In this document: positions 9,148 to 19,523 of the stretch, piece by piece
How positions within the stretch are numbered: the stretch's first letter is position 1
Layout of the letters: the number at the start of each line of letters is the position of its first letter
NCBI GenBank assembly: GCA_030540395.1
Contig: JAUNWI010000003.1
Coordinates: 95,295 to 159,294, forward strand
Source of the DNA: Phascolarctobacterium sp.
GTDB taxonomy: Bacteria > Bacillota > Negativicutes > Acidaminococcales > Acidaminococcaceae
Direction: 5' to 3'
DNA length: 64,000 nucleotides
Notes under the pieces: model-generated
The model's database searches: none
What the model saw: the letters and a program-made list of their open reading frames with translations, nothing else
What the model was told of the DNA's origin: nothing
Translations under genes and position numbers: made by a program

Positions 9148-9975
9148 ATGAAAAAATCTTTAGAAAATTATTTTACCACAGGCGAATTGGCCAAAGCCTG
9201 TCATATTTTGCGTAAAACTCTACTTTATTATGATAAACTAGGCCTCATTCAACCCGAAGTAATCCTAGATAATGGTTATCGTTATTACAAGCGAGCACAA
9301 CTGTTTTTATTAGAACTGGTAATAACCTTGCGTAATCTAGATGTTCCGTTAATCTCCATTCAAAAATACTTAGCGAATCGTTCTCCAGTAAATTACAAAC
9401 ATTTACTTTTGGAGCAACAAGTACACATTCAACAGGAAATACAACGATTGCAACAATTAAATGATAAATTAGGTTCTTACTTGGCAGAGTTGGACAAGTT
9501 AAGTACCAGCAATTATGGACATATTAAGCTTGTAGAACAACCTGAGCAATATTATTTTGTAGTAAAAGGCTGCAGGGATAGTGAATCCTTTAAGGAACGC
9601 TCCCTACATGCAGCAAAGTTATTTTTAGCATTAAGAGGAGCTCTACCCTTTAAGCAACATTTTTTTGGTTATATTGTAAATACACAGGCACTTTATAATC
9701 AAGAGCATTTTTACGGCCAAGAATTCTTTTATCCTTTGCCAGAACCCCTACATGATCTCAAATATCGCGTTCGCCCAGCAGGTAAATACCTTACTCTTTA
9801 CTTTCAAGGTACTTATATGCATAACAGTACGGAAAATCTAAAAAAACTAGGACAATACTGTCTCGAGCACAACTTAAAGCCTGTTTCAGATATTTATGTC
9901 ACTAGTCTACTAAACTATTGGACCACTGCCGAAACCCAAGAATATGCTTACAAATTAGAGATAAGAATACAATAG
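9148..9975 (+). CDS. MerR-family transcriptional regulator, BltR/BmrR-like with GyrI-like ligand domain
   Basis: YFTTGELAK.C.I.RKTLLYYDKLGLIQP....NGYRYY HTH, coiled coil, C-terminal RPAGKY..LYFQG segment. Confidence 0.92.
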   Translation: MKKSLENYFTTGELAKACHILRKTLLYYDKLGLIQPEVILDNGYRYYKRAQLFLLELVITLRNLDVPLISIQKYLANRSPVNYKHLLLEQQVHIQQEIQRLQQLNDKLGSYLAELDKLSTSNYGHIKLVEQPEQYYFVVKGCRDSESFKERSLHAAKLFLALRGALPFKQHFFGYIVNTQALYNQEHFYGQEFFYPLPEPLHDLKYRVRPAGKYLTLYFQGTYMHNSTENLKKLGQYCLEHNLKPVSDIYVTSLLNYWTTAETQEYAYKLEIRIQ

Positions 9976-9980
9976 ACACA

Positions 9981-10017
9981 AAAAAGACCATTCATACCGC
10001 CAAGTATGAATGGTCTT
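9981..10017. terminator. Terminator hairpin between convergent genes
   Basis: Perfect 14-bp stem AAGACCATTCATAC-cgccaa-GTATGAATGGTCTT with adjacent A-run. Confidence 0.8.
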
Positions 10018-10127
10018 ATGCATATTTTTTTACTTCACCTACCGGCTTGCCATTTTTAGACTGCATATTGCTTGAGGCATAGCTAGTGCATTCCAGCACT
10101 CCCTGATGCTTTTTAGCAGGCTCTGGC

Positions 10128-10835
10128 TTACGCCAGCTTTACAGCATCGTTATTCAGCATGGGCACCTTGTTGCCCTTTTTGCTCAGGCGGTACAGGTTT
10201 AAGCGCTCAATGTCTGCCATTTCCACGGGCAAGTCCAGCTGATAATGCTCATTGAGAGCGTTCAGCAAATCCACAGCCTTCATGCTACCGGTAGGAGTGA
10301 TTTTGCAGTCAAAGGCAAAAACCGTTGCTGCGCCATCGCAGGTCACATCGATATGAGGGATGTAAAACTTGACATCAATTTCCTTAAAGCCGGCTTTGGT
10401 CTTGGGTGCCGCTTTTTTAAAGAGCAGCTGGGGAGCCTCATTAAAGGCAGTCACAGCCTGGCTGATGTCCCGGCTATAGGGCAGAGTCACACGATAATTG
10501 GCGCCTGCGGCCTGGCTCATCAACGCTGCATGGTGAGTATCCACCGCATCAGCAGCCAGCACGCGAATGCCCCGTGGCAGAGCCTTATCCAAGGCTTTGG
10601 CTGCCAGCTCCACCTCCATGGGCTCTGCCAGTTCGATTTCCACGAACTCCGTATAGCTGACAACGCCCACGCCCAGAGCGGAAGCAAGACTAAACTTCAA
10701 ATGGGGATTAAAGCCCTCGCTATAGGCCGCAGGCAGCTTTGCCCTCCGAATAGCGCGGCTGATGGTTCTCGAATATTCCAAATGGGAGATAAAGCGAATT
10801 TCGGGGTCCTTCGTAATTTGCATGCGCAGCTTCAT
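10128..10835 (-). CDS. TIGR03936-family radical SAM-associated protein (DUF2344)
   Basis: RFISHLE..R...RAIRRA.LP..YSEGFNPH.K.S.A.ALGVG motif; coupled to the upstream radical SAM gene. Confidence 0.92.
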   Translation of the reverse strand: MKLRMQITKDPEIRFISHLEYSRTISRAIRRAKLPAAYSEGFNPHLKFSLASALGVGVVSYTEFVEIELAEPMEVELAAKALDKALPRGIRVLAADAVDTHHAALMSQAAGANYRVTLPYSRDISQAVTAFNEAPQLLFKKAAPKTKAGFKEIDVKFYIPHIDVTCDGAATVFAFDCKITPTGSMKAVDLLNALNEHYQLDLPVEMADIERLNLYRLSKKGNKVPMLNNDAVKLA

Positions 10836-12700
10836 TAGGCCTCCACCTCCCCTTTATAGTCGATAATCTGCACGCCCAGCTTTTGGCACACACCGCAGCC
10901 GGTGCAAGACAAGCGACGGCAGTCGTGAGTGAGCTGCTGTGCGTAGGCCTTTTGCCATTCGTTCCACAGGAATTTGCGGGACACGCCCGGGGAAATATGC
11001 TCCCAGGGGAAAACCTCATTTTCTCCCCTTTGGCGAGCTGCATAAAAGTCCTTGTCGATTCCTGCCTCGGCAAAGGCCGCAAGCCAACGCTCGTAATCAA
11101 AGCAATCGCTCCAGCCATCAAAACGCGCGCCCTTTTGCCATGCGGCCAACAGCGCCTTGCCCACACGACGGTCACCGCGGGCAAAAACAGCTTCGATGAT
11201 GCCGGTCTTACTGTCGTGGTAGTTAAGGGTTACATTCTTAATGGTCTTAATCTCGTCCTTCAGCAGGAACTGCTTGCGACGGATGTTCTCCAAATCGTCC
11301 TGAGCAAACCATTGGAAGGCGGTGTAGGGCTTGGGTACGAAGAAGGAGGCACTGCAGGTCACCTTGCAGCCACGCTTGCCCGTTACCTGATAATATTTAT
11401 ATTGCACCTTACGTGCCAAATCCGCAATGGCCAGCACGTCATCATCATTTTCAAAGGGCAGGCCAATCATAAAGTACAGCTTCACGCTGTTCCAGCCGGA
11501 CTCAAAGGCCGCACCCACAGCGTTCATCAAATCCTCTTCCGTGACTCCCTTGTTGATCACATCACGCATCTTTTGGCTACCAGCCTCAGGGGCGAAGGTC
11601 AGACCACTCTTGCGCACAGCCTGCACCTCCTTGGCAATGGCCACGCAGAAGCTGTCAATACGCAGAGAGGGCAAGGATACGCTCACTCTGTCGTCCTTGA
11701 ACTCTTCGATCATGCTGTGCACCATAGGAGCCAAGCAGGAATAATCAGCGCTGGACAGGGATACCAAGCTAATTTCGTTGTAGCCGGTGTTATCCACCAG
11801 CTTGCGCGCCAGGTCCTTCAGCACCTCCGGCTTGCGCTCCCGCACGGGGCGATAAACCATGCCCGCATGGCAGAAGCGACAACCACGACTGCAGCCGCGG
11901 AAAACCTCTAGCATGATGCGGTCGTGCACGATTTCACCAAAGGGCACGATGGGAGAGGTGGGAAAATCCACGCTGTTCATGTCGCGTACCACACGCTTAT
12001 AAACTACAGCAGGCGCATTTTCCGCCACGGGCTGCACTGCTTTAATAGTATTATTCTCGTTATATTCCACCTTGTAGAAGGAGGGCACATAAATGCCGCT
12101 GATCTTGACAACCTCCTGCAAGAAGCCTTGGCGTCCCCCCGGCTTACCGGCGCACTTCCACGCCTTGTAGGCCTCCATAACCTCCGCCATTACCTCTTCG
12201 CCCTCACCAATAATGGCGAAGTCAAAGAAATCAGCTAAGGGCTCCGGATTATACACACAGGGACCGCCAACGATCACCAGCGGGTCCTCCTCCGTGCGCT
12301 CCGCGGCCAAAACAGGCACACCACCCAAATCCAGCATGTTCAAAATATTGGTATAGCTCAGCTCATATTGCAGGGTGAAGCCCACAATATCGCATTCCTT
12401 GAGAGTCTTTTTGGTTTCCAGGGTGCGCAGGGGAATCTGGCGCTCACGCATTTTGGCCTCCAAATCAATCCAGGGAGCATAGGCACGCTCCGCCTGCACC
12501 CCCTGCTGCTTATTGAGCAGGTGATACAAAATTTTGAAGCCCAAATAGCTCATGCCCACCTCATACACATCGGGGAAGGCCAAACAAATAGTGGCCTCCA
12601 CCTCGTCGGCAGGCTTGATAATGCTGGCAAATTCGCCACCGGTGTAGCGCGCAGGCTTTTGCACGCTGCTTAATATATCAATGGTCAATTCCTTTTCCAT
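10835..12700 (-). CDS. TIGR03960-family B12-binding radical SAM protein
   Basis: VQKPARYTGGE, FPDVYEVGMS, CxxxCxxC (RGCSRGCRFC), SLPSLR, TFAPEAGS motifs. Confidence 0.93.
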   Translation of the reverse strand: MEKELTIDILSSVQKPARYTGGEFASIIKPADEVEATICLAFPDVYEVGMSYLGFKILYHLLNKQQGVQAERAYAPWIDLEAKMRERQIPLRTLETKKTLKECDIVGFTLQYELSYTNILNMLDLGGVPVLAAERTEEDPLVIVGGPCVYNPEPLADFFDFAIIGEGEEVMAEVMEAYKAWKCAGKPGGRQGFLQEVVKISGIYVPSFYKVEYNENNTIKAVQPVAENAPAVVYKRVVRDMNSVDFPTSPIVPFGEIVHDRIMLEVFRGCSRGCRFCHAGMVYRPVRERKPEVLKDLARKLVDNTGYNEISLVSLSSADYSCLAPMVHSMIEEFKDDRVSVSLPSLRIDSFCVAIAKEVQAVRKSGLTFAPEAGSQKMRDVINKGVTEEDLMNAVGAAFESGWNSVKLYFMIGLPFENDDDVLAIADLARKVQYKYYQVTGKRGCKVTCSASFFVPKPYTAFQWFAQDDLENIRRKQFLLKDEIKTIKNVTLNYHDSKTGIIEAVFARGDRRVGKALLAAWQKGARFDGWSDCFDYERWLAAFAEAGIDKDFYAARQRGENEVFPWEHISPGVSRKFLWNEWQKAYAQQLTHDCRRLSCTGCGVCQKLGVQIIDYKGEVEA

Positions 12701-12709
12701 ATTTCCTCC

Positions 12710-13816
12710 TTAGAATTGCAAATTCTGCTTGCGCACCTTAACGTTGAGCAAAATAGCCACCAGCATCAGATTCGTAGTCAGCGAGCTGACGCCATAGCTT
12801 AAAAAGGGCAGGGGTACGCCCGTAACCGGCATAATGCCGGCGGTCATGCCTATATTTACCATCACATGGAACATAAACATGCTGGTCACGCCCACGGCCA
12901 GCAAGGTACCAAAATTATCATCAGCATCCAGCGCAATGGCAATACCGCGCCAGATAATAATCAAATATAAAAGAATAATAAAGGCTGCGCCCACAAAGCC
13001 GAATTCCTCTCCGGCCACGGCGAAGATAAAGTCCGTGTGGTTTTCCGGCAAAAAATTCAGCTGACTTTGGGTACCGGCCAGCCAGCCCTTGCCTAAAAGG
13101 CCACCGCTACCGATGGCAATCTTGGACTGAATAACATGGTAACCGCTGCCAAAGGGATCCAGCTCAGGATTCAAAAAGACACGAATGCGGTTCTTTTGGT
13201 AATCCTTCAGCACCAGCCAAAAGGCCGGCAGCAGAGCCACAAAGGCCACTCCCAAACGGAAAAACCATTTATATTTAAAGCCACTGACAAAAATCATGCC
13301 AATTAAAATGGCAATAAAGGTCAGCGAGGTTCCCAAGTCAGGCTGACGCATAACCAGCAGCCAAGGGAAAAAGATATACAAAAATACGGGCAGATAATCC
13401 TTGAATTCCTCCAGCCATTCAATGCGTTTATCCATAAAGGTGGCAAGACAAATAATCAAAAAGACCTTGGAAAACTCGCTGGGCTGGAAGGACAGGGAGC
13501 CAATCTGAATCCAACGTTGAGCTCCCAGCTGGCTGTGTCCTACGAACATAACAGCCAACAACAAGACGATATTAAAAATATATAATTTGGAGGCATAATT
13601 TTTCAGCATGCGATAGTCAAAGGCCATGGACACTATGACCATAATGATACCAAAGACCATGAACATGCTTTGGCGCTGCACATGCCAAGCCTTGCCCGTG
13701 CTCACAGCGAAGGAATGGGTCGCACTATCGATAAGCACCAGACCACAGCCCATGAGGGTGAGCACAGCTAAAATCAGCCACCAATCCAGATTTTTCAGGA
13801 TGCGTTTTATATCCAC
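12710..13816 (-). CDS. rodA: Rod shape-determining protein RodA (SEDS)
   Basis: GAQRWI, FQPSEFSK, QPDLGT, PENHTDFIF, GVPLPFLSYG motifs. Confidence 0.95.
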   Translation of the reverse strand: MDIKRILKNLDWWLILAVLTLMGCGLVLIDSATHSFAVSTGKAWHVQRQSMFMVFGIIMVIVSMAFDYRMLKNYASKLYIFNIVLLLAVMFVGHSQLGAQRWIQIGSLSFQPSEFSKVFLIICLATFMDKRIEWLEEFKDYLPVFLYIFFPWLLVMRQPDLGTSLTFIAILIGMIFVSGFKYKWFFRLGVAFVALLPAFWLVLKDYQKNRIRVFLNPELDPFGSGYHVIQSKIAIGSGGLLGKGWLAGTQSQLNFLPENHTDFIFAVAGEEFGFVGAAFIILLYLIIIWRGIAIALDADDNFGTLLAVGVTSMFMFHVMVNIGMTAGIMPVTGVPLPFLSYGVSSLTTNLMLVAILLNVKVRKQNLQF

Positions 13817-13831
13817 AATGCTGCTCCCTTC

Positions 13832-15712
13832 CTACTGTGCCGCTTGCGCAGGTGTGGTTGCAGGACTTGCCTGTGCCGGTTTTGGCTCTTCAAACCACAC
13901 CTCCGCCTTGGGCTCATCTTCAGGCATCCAGCCCCGCTCCTTGAAGAACTCTTCAAAGGCCTTATACACGATGGGACCAGCCGCGGTGGAGCCAAAGCCG
14001 CCCTGCTCCACTATGCAAACAACGACTAACTCCGGGTCCTCCACCGGACCATAGGCCACGAAAAGACCGTGGTCGCGGCCGTGGGAGTTTTCCGCCGTAC
14101 CTGTTTTGCCTGCGATAGGCTTGGGCAGTGTACTGAAATAGGACGCGGTGCCACCCTCCCTGGTGGTAGCGCTCATGCCCTGACGCATGTAGTCAATGGT
14201 CTGTTGGGAAACCTCAATATGCTTGCCCTCGGTACGTTTGGGCTTTTCAAAAAGTGTGCCATCGGCGTTCAAAATGCTATCCACCAAATAGGGCTGGTAT
14301 TTGGTGCCACCGTTGGCCACAATACTCAGCATCACGGAAAGCTGCATGGGCGTGGTCAAATTGAAGCCCTGACCGATGGCGGCGTTGAAGGTGTCGCCCA
14401 AACGCCAATCCTCGTCCCAAATTTCCCGCTTCACCTGCTTGGAAGCCACCAGGCCCCGGCTTTCGCCCTCTAAATCAATGCCTGTCTTTTGACCAAAGCC
14501 GTAGATGCGAGCGTACTTTGCAATATTGTCGATGCCCACGCGATTGCCCAGCTCATAAAAATACACGTTATCACTCATAGCTAAAGCAGTAATAAAGGTC
14601 AACCAGCCCAGCACCTCGCCACCAGCGTTACCCATGGTGGGAACCAGAGGATGGAAGCCGCCATCATAGATGGGCTCGTTGAGCCCCACCTTGTTCAGCT
14701 CAAAGGCCGCACTACCGGTGACAATTTTAAAGGTAGAGCCAGGGGGATATTCACCGCTGATAACCTTGTTATTCAGCGGATAGGCATCATCGTTGTTGAT
14801 GCGATTCCAATCCTTGGAGGAGATGCCATGTACAAAAAGATTGGGGTCGTAGCCGGGACGGCTTACCATGGCCCGCACCGCGCCATTGCGCGGGTCCAGG
14901 GCCACTACCGCCGCAGCCCGAGCGCGAGGCGCGAGGCCGCTGCGACGCAAAAAGGCCAAATGCTTGTCCGTAAAATCCTCCAAGGATTTTTGCAAGCGAT
15001 AATCAAGCGTCAGCTGCAGATTTTTGCCAGGCACGGGCTGCACGCTGTCATAATGCTTCACCACATTGCCAGCCACATCCACCTCTTCCATAAAGGAACC
15101 ATCCTCGCCCCGCAGGATTTTGTCGTAGCTTTTTTCCAGGCCCGACTTACCCACGATGCTGCCCTGGGTTACATTTTTAAAAAGCCCCTTTTCGATTTCG
15201 TAGGAGCTCACCTCGCCCACATACCCCAAAGCATGCACTGCCAGCTCCTTGTAGGGATAATTACGGATTGGCTGCACGGAGAGCATCACCTCTGGCATAT
15301 AGCGACACTGCTCTTCAATCTTCGTTACCATTTCCAAGGTCAGGTCGCTTTTCAGCATAATGGGCTCGTAATAATTTTGGCTTTCCTTGATCTTTTTCTT
15401 GATATCGGCCACAGGAATATGGAGTAGCCCGCTAAGGTGCTCCAAGGTCTCCGGCTTATAGTCCGCCTGCTTTTGCAAAACCACTGCATAGCCTGGCAAA
15501 TTATTCACCAGCTCCTTGCCGTCCTTGTCAAAAATCAAGCCACGGGGCGCAATAATGCGGGACTGGCGCAAGCGGTTACCATCGGATTGCTTGGTATAAT
15601 AATCACCGCGCCACAGCTGCAAATACATCATGCGACCCAAAAGAATAGCAAAAAGCAAAAGGCAGAGGCCCAGCATGGTCTGCAAGCGCAGTGTTTGTTT
15701 TTTATTCAGCAT
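13832..15712 (-). CDS. mrdA: Penicillin-binding protein 2
   Basis: APRGLIFD, SxxK (GSTFK), SDN and KTG motifs; position in the mre cluster. Confidence 0.95.
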   Translation of the reverse strand: MLNKKQTLRLQTMLGLCLLLFAILLGRMMYLQLWRGDYYTKQSDGNRLRQSRIIAPRGLIFDKDGKELVNNLPGYAVVLQKQADYKPETLEHLSGLLHIPVADIKKKIKESQNYYEPIMLKSDLTLEMVTKIEEQCRYMPEVMLSVQPIRNYPYKELAVHALGYVGEVSSYEIEKGLFKNVTQGSIVGKSGLEKSYDKILRGEDGSFMEEVDVAGNVVKHYDSVQPVPGKNLQLTLDYRLQKSLEDFTDKHLAFLRRSGLAPRARAAAVVALDPRNGAVRAMVSRPGYDPNLFVHGISSKDWNRINNDDAYPLNNKVISGEYPPGSTFKIVTGSAAFELNKVGLNEPIYDGGFHPLVPTMGNAGGEVLGWLTFITALAMSDNVYFYELGNRVGIDNIAKYARIYGFGQKTGIDLEGESRGLVASKQVKREIWDEDWRLGDTFNAAIGQGFNLTTPMQLSVMLSIVANGGTKYQPYLVDSILNADGTLFEKPKRTEGKHIEVSQQTIDYMRQGMSATTREGGTASYFSTLPKPIAGKTGTAENSHGRDHGLFVAYGPVEDPELVVVCIVEQGGFGSTAAGPIVYKAFEEFFKERGWMPEDEPKAEVWFEEPKPAQASPATTPAQAAQ

Positions 15713-15741
15713 CAGCCCTCCAGCTCCCTTCGCTACTCATT

Positions 15742-16242
15742 TTAATAGGAGATATCCTCCTCTTTAATCCATTGATAAACTCTTTTTACTAGTAGCACCA
15801 CAGGCACTACCAGCAGCATGTTGCCCACAATAAAGCCCACGCTGTCCCAAAGATAACTAAAAAAAATACTCCAGCGACCACCACTACGAATAAGCTCCAG
15901 CCACCAAAAGGCAAAGCGCAAGGCAGCGCTGCACAGGGCAATAACGAGCACATGAAAGGTAGCATTATCCTTGACCACCTTTTCCTTCATTAGCCCCACT
16001 AAAAAGCCCAAGGCCGAGCGGCTCAGCATGTGAAAGCCAAAAACCCCCACCGTCATTGCATCCTGCAGAAAGCCCACGCTCAGGCCCACTAAGGCGCCCT
16101 GATGCTCACCCCGCAGCATGGCAAAGGCATATAATGCCAAAAGTGGTAAATCAAAGGATAGCCAGCCCGTATAAAAGGCAGAAGCCGCCCCCTGCACCAG
16201 CATTAAAAGCAGAAACAGGACGGGCCAAATCAGTCTCCTCAT
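15742..16242 (-). CDS. mreD: Rod shape-determining protein MreD
   Basis: Hydrophobic 166 aa, GFLQD motif, between mreC and mrdA. Confidence 0.88.
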   Translation of the reverse strand: MRRLIWPVLFLLLMLVQGAASAFYTGWLSFDLPLLALYAFAMLRGEHQGALVGLSVGFLQDAMTVGVFGFHMLSRSALGFLVGLMKEKVVKDNATFHVLVIALCSAALRFAFWWLELIRSGGRWSIFFSYLWDSVGFIVGNMLLVVPVVLLVKRVYQWIKEEDISY

Positions 16243-17096
16243 TTTGCCTGTCCTCCCTGCCTGTTAAATTCAATTTTCGGTGCCGGTGTAAAGCTGGTAA
16301 TTACCAAAACATGCTCCACATCCGCCACATCCGCTGCCGCATGCACCTCGGCCTCCTGCAAAAGGCCCACACTGTCCATACGGGTCTTGGTCACTGTGCC
16401 AATAAGAATGTCGGCCGGGTGGCTGCCACTGTAGCCACTGGTCACGATAACATCACCCTCCCGCAGGCTGGCCTCACGAAAAACGTGCTCCATGACCAGC
16501 TTGTCATCGGCACTGGTTTTGCCGCCTACAACGCCCACGGCCCGGGAATCATGGCGCAAAACACGTGCGCCCATTTTAAAGCGGGGCGAATTCAAAAGCA
16601 GCACCCGGGCATAGGAGCCATAAACCTCGTCCACCACGCCCACCAAGCCTTCGTTAACAACGGCCATTTCACGCTTCAGGCCCTTGTCTTCGCCGGCATC
16701 GATATACATGGAGTCCCGCAAATCGCCGTGATTGCGGGCAATAACCTTGGCCGCCACCACCTTTTGGCTTTTGTGCTGCTCCTTGTAATCCAAAAGAGCC
16801 CGCAGCTGCCTATTTTCCGCATACACAGATGCCATTTGGATATTGGCATTGCGCAGCTCAATATTATCCCTTTTTAATTGCTCATTTTCACTTTGCATCA
16901 CTGTGAGCGCCTTCCAATAGCCCCGCAGACTATTGCCCGCATTGCCCACACTGTTAAAGGCGCTTTCCACAGGCAGCATCACGCTGGCCACAATGGCATT
17001 AACCACAGGAAACCGACTGCCCCCGGCCACAGCCATGGCCAGCATGCCGCAAAGCACAAAGGCGAACAGAACGCCCAGCATAAATTTCTTACTCAT
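16239..17096 (-). CDS. mreC: Rod shape-determining protein MreC
   Basis: TM anchor, coiled coil ENEQLK/ENRQLRALL, AKVIAR, IDAGEDKG, GDVIVTSG. Confidence 0.92.
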   Translation of the reverse strand: MSKKFMLGVLFAFVLCGMLAMAVAGGSRFPVVNAIVASVMLPVESAFNSVGNAGNSLRGYWKALTVMQSENEQLKRDNIELRNANIQMASVYAENRQLRALLDYKEQHKSQKVVAAKVIARNHGDLRDSMYIDAGEDKGLKREMAVVNEGLVGVVDEVYGSYARVLLLNSPRFKMGARVLRHDSRAVGVVGGKTSADDKLVMEHVFREASLREGDVIVTSGYSGSHPADILIGTVTKTRMDSVGLLQEAEVHAAADVADVEHVLVITSFTPAPKIEFNRQGGQAK

Positions 17097-17120
17097 GCTG
17101 CTTACCTATTACCCTCAAAT

Positions 17121-18170
17121 TTATTTAGAGGTCATAAAGCCCTTGCGATAAATATCAATATTTTCTACTGCGATACCGGTTCCCAAAGCAACACAATCCA
17201 AGGCTTCATCGGATACATAAACCGACATACCGGTTTCCTTGGAAATCAGGCGGTCCAGATTGCGCAGCATGGAGCTGCCACCAGTCATCACAATGCCCCT
17301 ATCCATAATATCGGCACTTAATTCCGGCGGAGTGCGCTCCAAGGTGTTACGAACTGCGTCCACAATCATGCTTACAGGTTCATCCACCGCCTCGCACACA
17401 TGGTTGGCGTTAACCTGGATGCTCTTGGGCAGACCGCTCAACAAATCGCGGCCACGCACCTCCATAACCTCGGGATTGTCCACCTTCATGGCAGTACCAA
17501 TTTCCATTTTAATGTTTTCTGCAGTACGCTCGCCAATAAACATGTTAAAGGTTTTGCGCACATAACGCACGATGGCTGCGTCAATAGCGTCGCCGCCGCA
17601 GCGTACACTCTTGGACACAACAATGCCGCCCAAGGAAATAACAGCAACCTCGCAGGTGCCACCGCCAATATCAACAACCATGCTGCCGGTCGCCTCCTGC
17701 ACGGGCATGCCTACACCGATGGCTGCCGCCATGGGCTCTTCAATCAAATAAGCCTCTCGGGCACCGGCTTCAATGGTTGCGTCGATAACAGCGCGCTTTT
17801 CTACCTCGGTAACGCCGCTGGGCACGCCTACCAAAATGCGGGGACGCACAAAGGTGCGATTGCCCATGGCCTGCTTGATAAAATATTTCAGCATGGATTG
17901 GGTAATTTCGTAATCGGCAATAACGCCGTCCTTCATGGGGCGAATAGCCACAATATTGCCGGGAGTACGGCCAATCATGCGCTTAGCCTCCGCACCGATG
18001 GCCAAAACCTCATTGGTGTCCTTTTCCACTGCCACTACAGAGGGCTCACGAATAATAATCCCCTTATCCTTGCAATGCACTAAGGTATTGGCAGTACCCA
18101 AATCTATACCCATATCATCGGACATATTGTTAAAAATACTAATATTCGGGAATGTAAATTTCATTTCCAC
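17121..18170 (-). CDS. mreB: Rod shape-determining protein MreB
   Basis: [32 protein letters not shown] actin-like motifs. Confidence 0.96.
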   Translation of the reverse strand: MEMKFTFPNISIFNNMSDDMGIDLGTANTLVHCKDKGIIIREPSVVAVEKDTNEVLAIGAEAKRMIGRTPGNIVAIRPMKDGVIADYEITQSMLKYFIKQAMGNRTFVRPRILVGVPSGVTEVEKRAVIDATIEAGAREAYLIEEPMAAAIGVGMPVQEATGSMVVDIGGGTCEVAVISLGGIVVSKSVRCGGDAIDAAIVRYVRKTFNMFIGERTAENIKMEIGTAMKVDNPEVMEVRGRDLLSGLPKSIQVNANHVCEAVDEPVSMIVDAVRNTLERTPPELSADIMDRGIVMTGGSSMLRNLDRLISKETGMSVYVSDEALDCVALGTGIAVENIDIYRKGFMTSK

Positions 18171-18178
18171 CCGTCCTC

Positions 18179-18940
18179 CTAAATCTTTAAAGCTCCAGCC
18201 TCTTGAAAGCTATAATAGGCACCATCACCAATAATCACATGGTCCAGCACCGGCATCAACAGGGTTTTCCCCGCCGCCACCAGCTGCTCGGTTATTTCAA
18301 TATCCTCCTCGCTGGGGTGCGGGTCCCCTGAAGGGTGGTTGTGCACCAGCACCAGCGCCGAAGCATGCTGCAAAATCGCCACGCGAAAAACATCCCGCGG
18401 CTGGACGATGGTATTGTTCAAGCCGCCCTCGGCAATGATTTCTGTGCCTATTATCCTATTTTTTACATCTAATAAAAGTACTAAGAATTGTTCCTTGGTG
18501 GCGTAGCGCAGGCGCGGCATCAGATAGGCCGCCACCTCCTCAGGCTCACCAAAATGTAATTTATCTAAAGGGCGCGCAGACGCCAGCCGTCGGCCCAGCT
18601 CCAGCGCCGCCAGCACTGTGGCCGCCTTGGCCTGTCCCAAGCCCTTTATTTGCGTAAGTTCTTCCACCCGACTAATGCGGGCCAGCTTTTTATACAGGCC
18701 CCCATTCTGGGTCAGCTCCCTGCCTATGGCCAGTGCCGACTGGGAGGCTGTACCTGTGCGCAGCAAAATCGCCAGCAGCTCCCCATCGGTCAAAGCCCCG
18801 GCACCACGTGTAATGAGTTTTTCCCGTGGTCTTTCCTCCGGGGGCAGGTTCTTAATAATTTCTTTGTTAGTGTCGCTTGCTTTAGTATTACCAAAATCAC
18901 TATGGCCCAGGCCATAGGTACCGCCTTTCAAGGCTGTCAT
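18179..18940 (-). CDS. radC: RadC/JAB-domain protein
   Basis: [17 protein letters not shown], HhH GLGQAKA, JAB motif [14 protein letters not shown]. Confidence 0.94.
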   Translation of the reverse strand: MTALKGGTYGLGHSDFGNTKASDTNKEIIKNLPPEERPREKLITRGAGALTDGELLAILLRTGTASQSALAIGRELTQNGGLYKKLARISRVEELTQIKGLGQAKAATVLAALELGRRLASARPLDKLHFGEPEEVAAYLMPRLRYATKEQFLVLLLDVKNRIIGTEIIAEGGLNNTIVQPRDVFRVAILQHASALVLVHNHPSGDPHPSEEDIEITEQLVAAGKTLLMPVLDHVIIGDGAYYSFQEAGALKI

Positions 18941-19509
18941 CTAGTCATGCTTGCTCCTATTTCCTTCAACATGGAATACAACATGGTTAAGGGAAGGCCT
19001 ACCACGTTATTGTAGCAGCCCTCGATTTTTTCTACTAACAGAGCACCCTTGCCCTGTATGCCATAGGCCCCCGCTTTATCCAGGGGCTCCCCGCTGCCCA
19101 CATAGGCAGCGATTTCGCCCTGTGTCAGCTCACGAAAGAACACCTTCGTAGCGCACACCTGAGCCAACTCCTTGCCGGCGAACTTTACCGCCACGCCCGT
19201 CAAAACCTGATGGGTACGCCCGGATAAACGCGCCAGCATGGCTGCCGCCTCCTGGGCGTCAGCAGGCTTACCCAAAATCACCTCGTCAACTACCACCACA
19301 GTGTCGGCTGCAATGACGGGGACGCTGTCCCCCACCTCAGCCGCCACAGCTCTGCACTTGCCCAAGGCGTTGTGCAGCACCACCTCATGGGCAGCATCCG
19401 CACTGCCAGCCTCCTCCGCAAAGCTTGCGGGGTGCACGCTGGCGGTGATACCCACCTGCTTGAGCAGCGCCAAACGGCGCGGCGAAGCTGAAGCCAAAAC
19501 TACATCCAT
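18937..19509 (-). CDS. maf: Maf family nucleotide pyrophosphatase
   Basis: LASASPRR, ADTVV, KPAD, DKAGAYGIQG, NVVGLP. Confidence 0.95.
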   Translation of the reverse strand: MDVVLASASPRRLALLKQVGITASVHPASFAEEAGSADAAHEVVLHNALGKCRAVAAEVGDSVPVIAADTVVVVDEVILGKPADAQEAAAMLARLSGRTHQVLTGVAVKFAGKELAQVCATKVFFRELTQGEIAAYVGSGEPLDKAGAYGIQGKGALLVEKIEGCYNNVVGLPLTMLYSMLKEIGASMTR

Positions 19510-19523
19510 AGTCCAGCGCTCCT

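Noticed and set aside
18179-18940. radC as a marker of a mobile or anti-defence element
   Set aside because: It is full-length and sits in the canonical chromosomal maf-radC-mreB context
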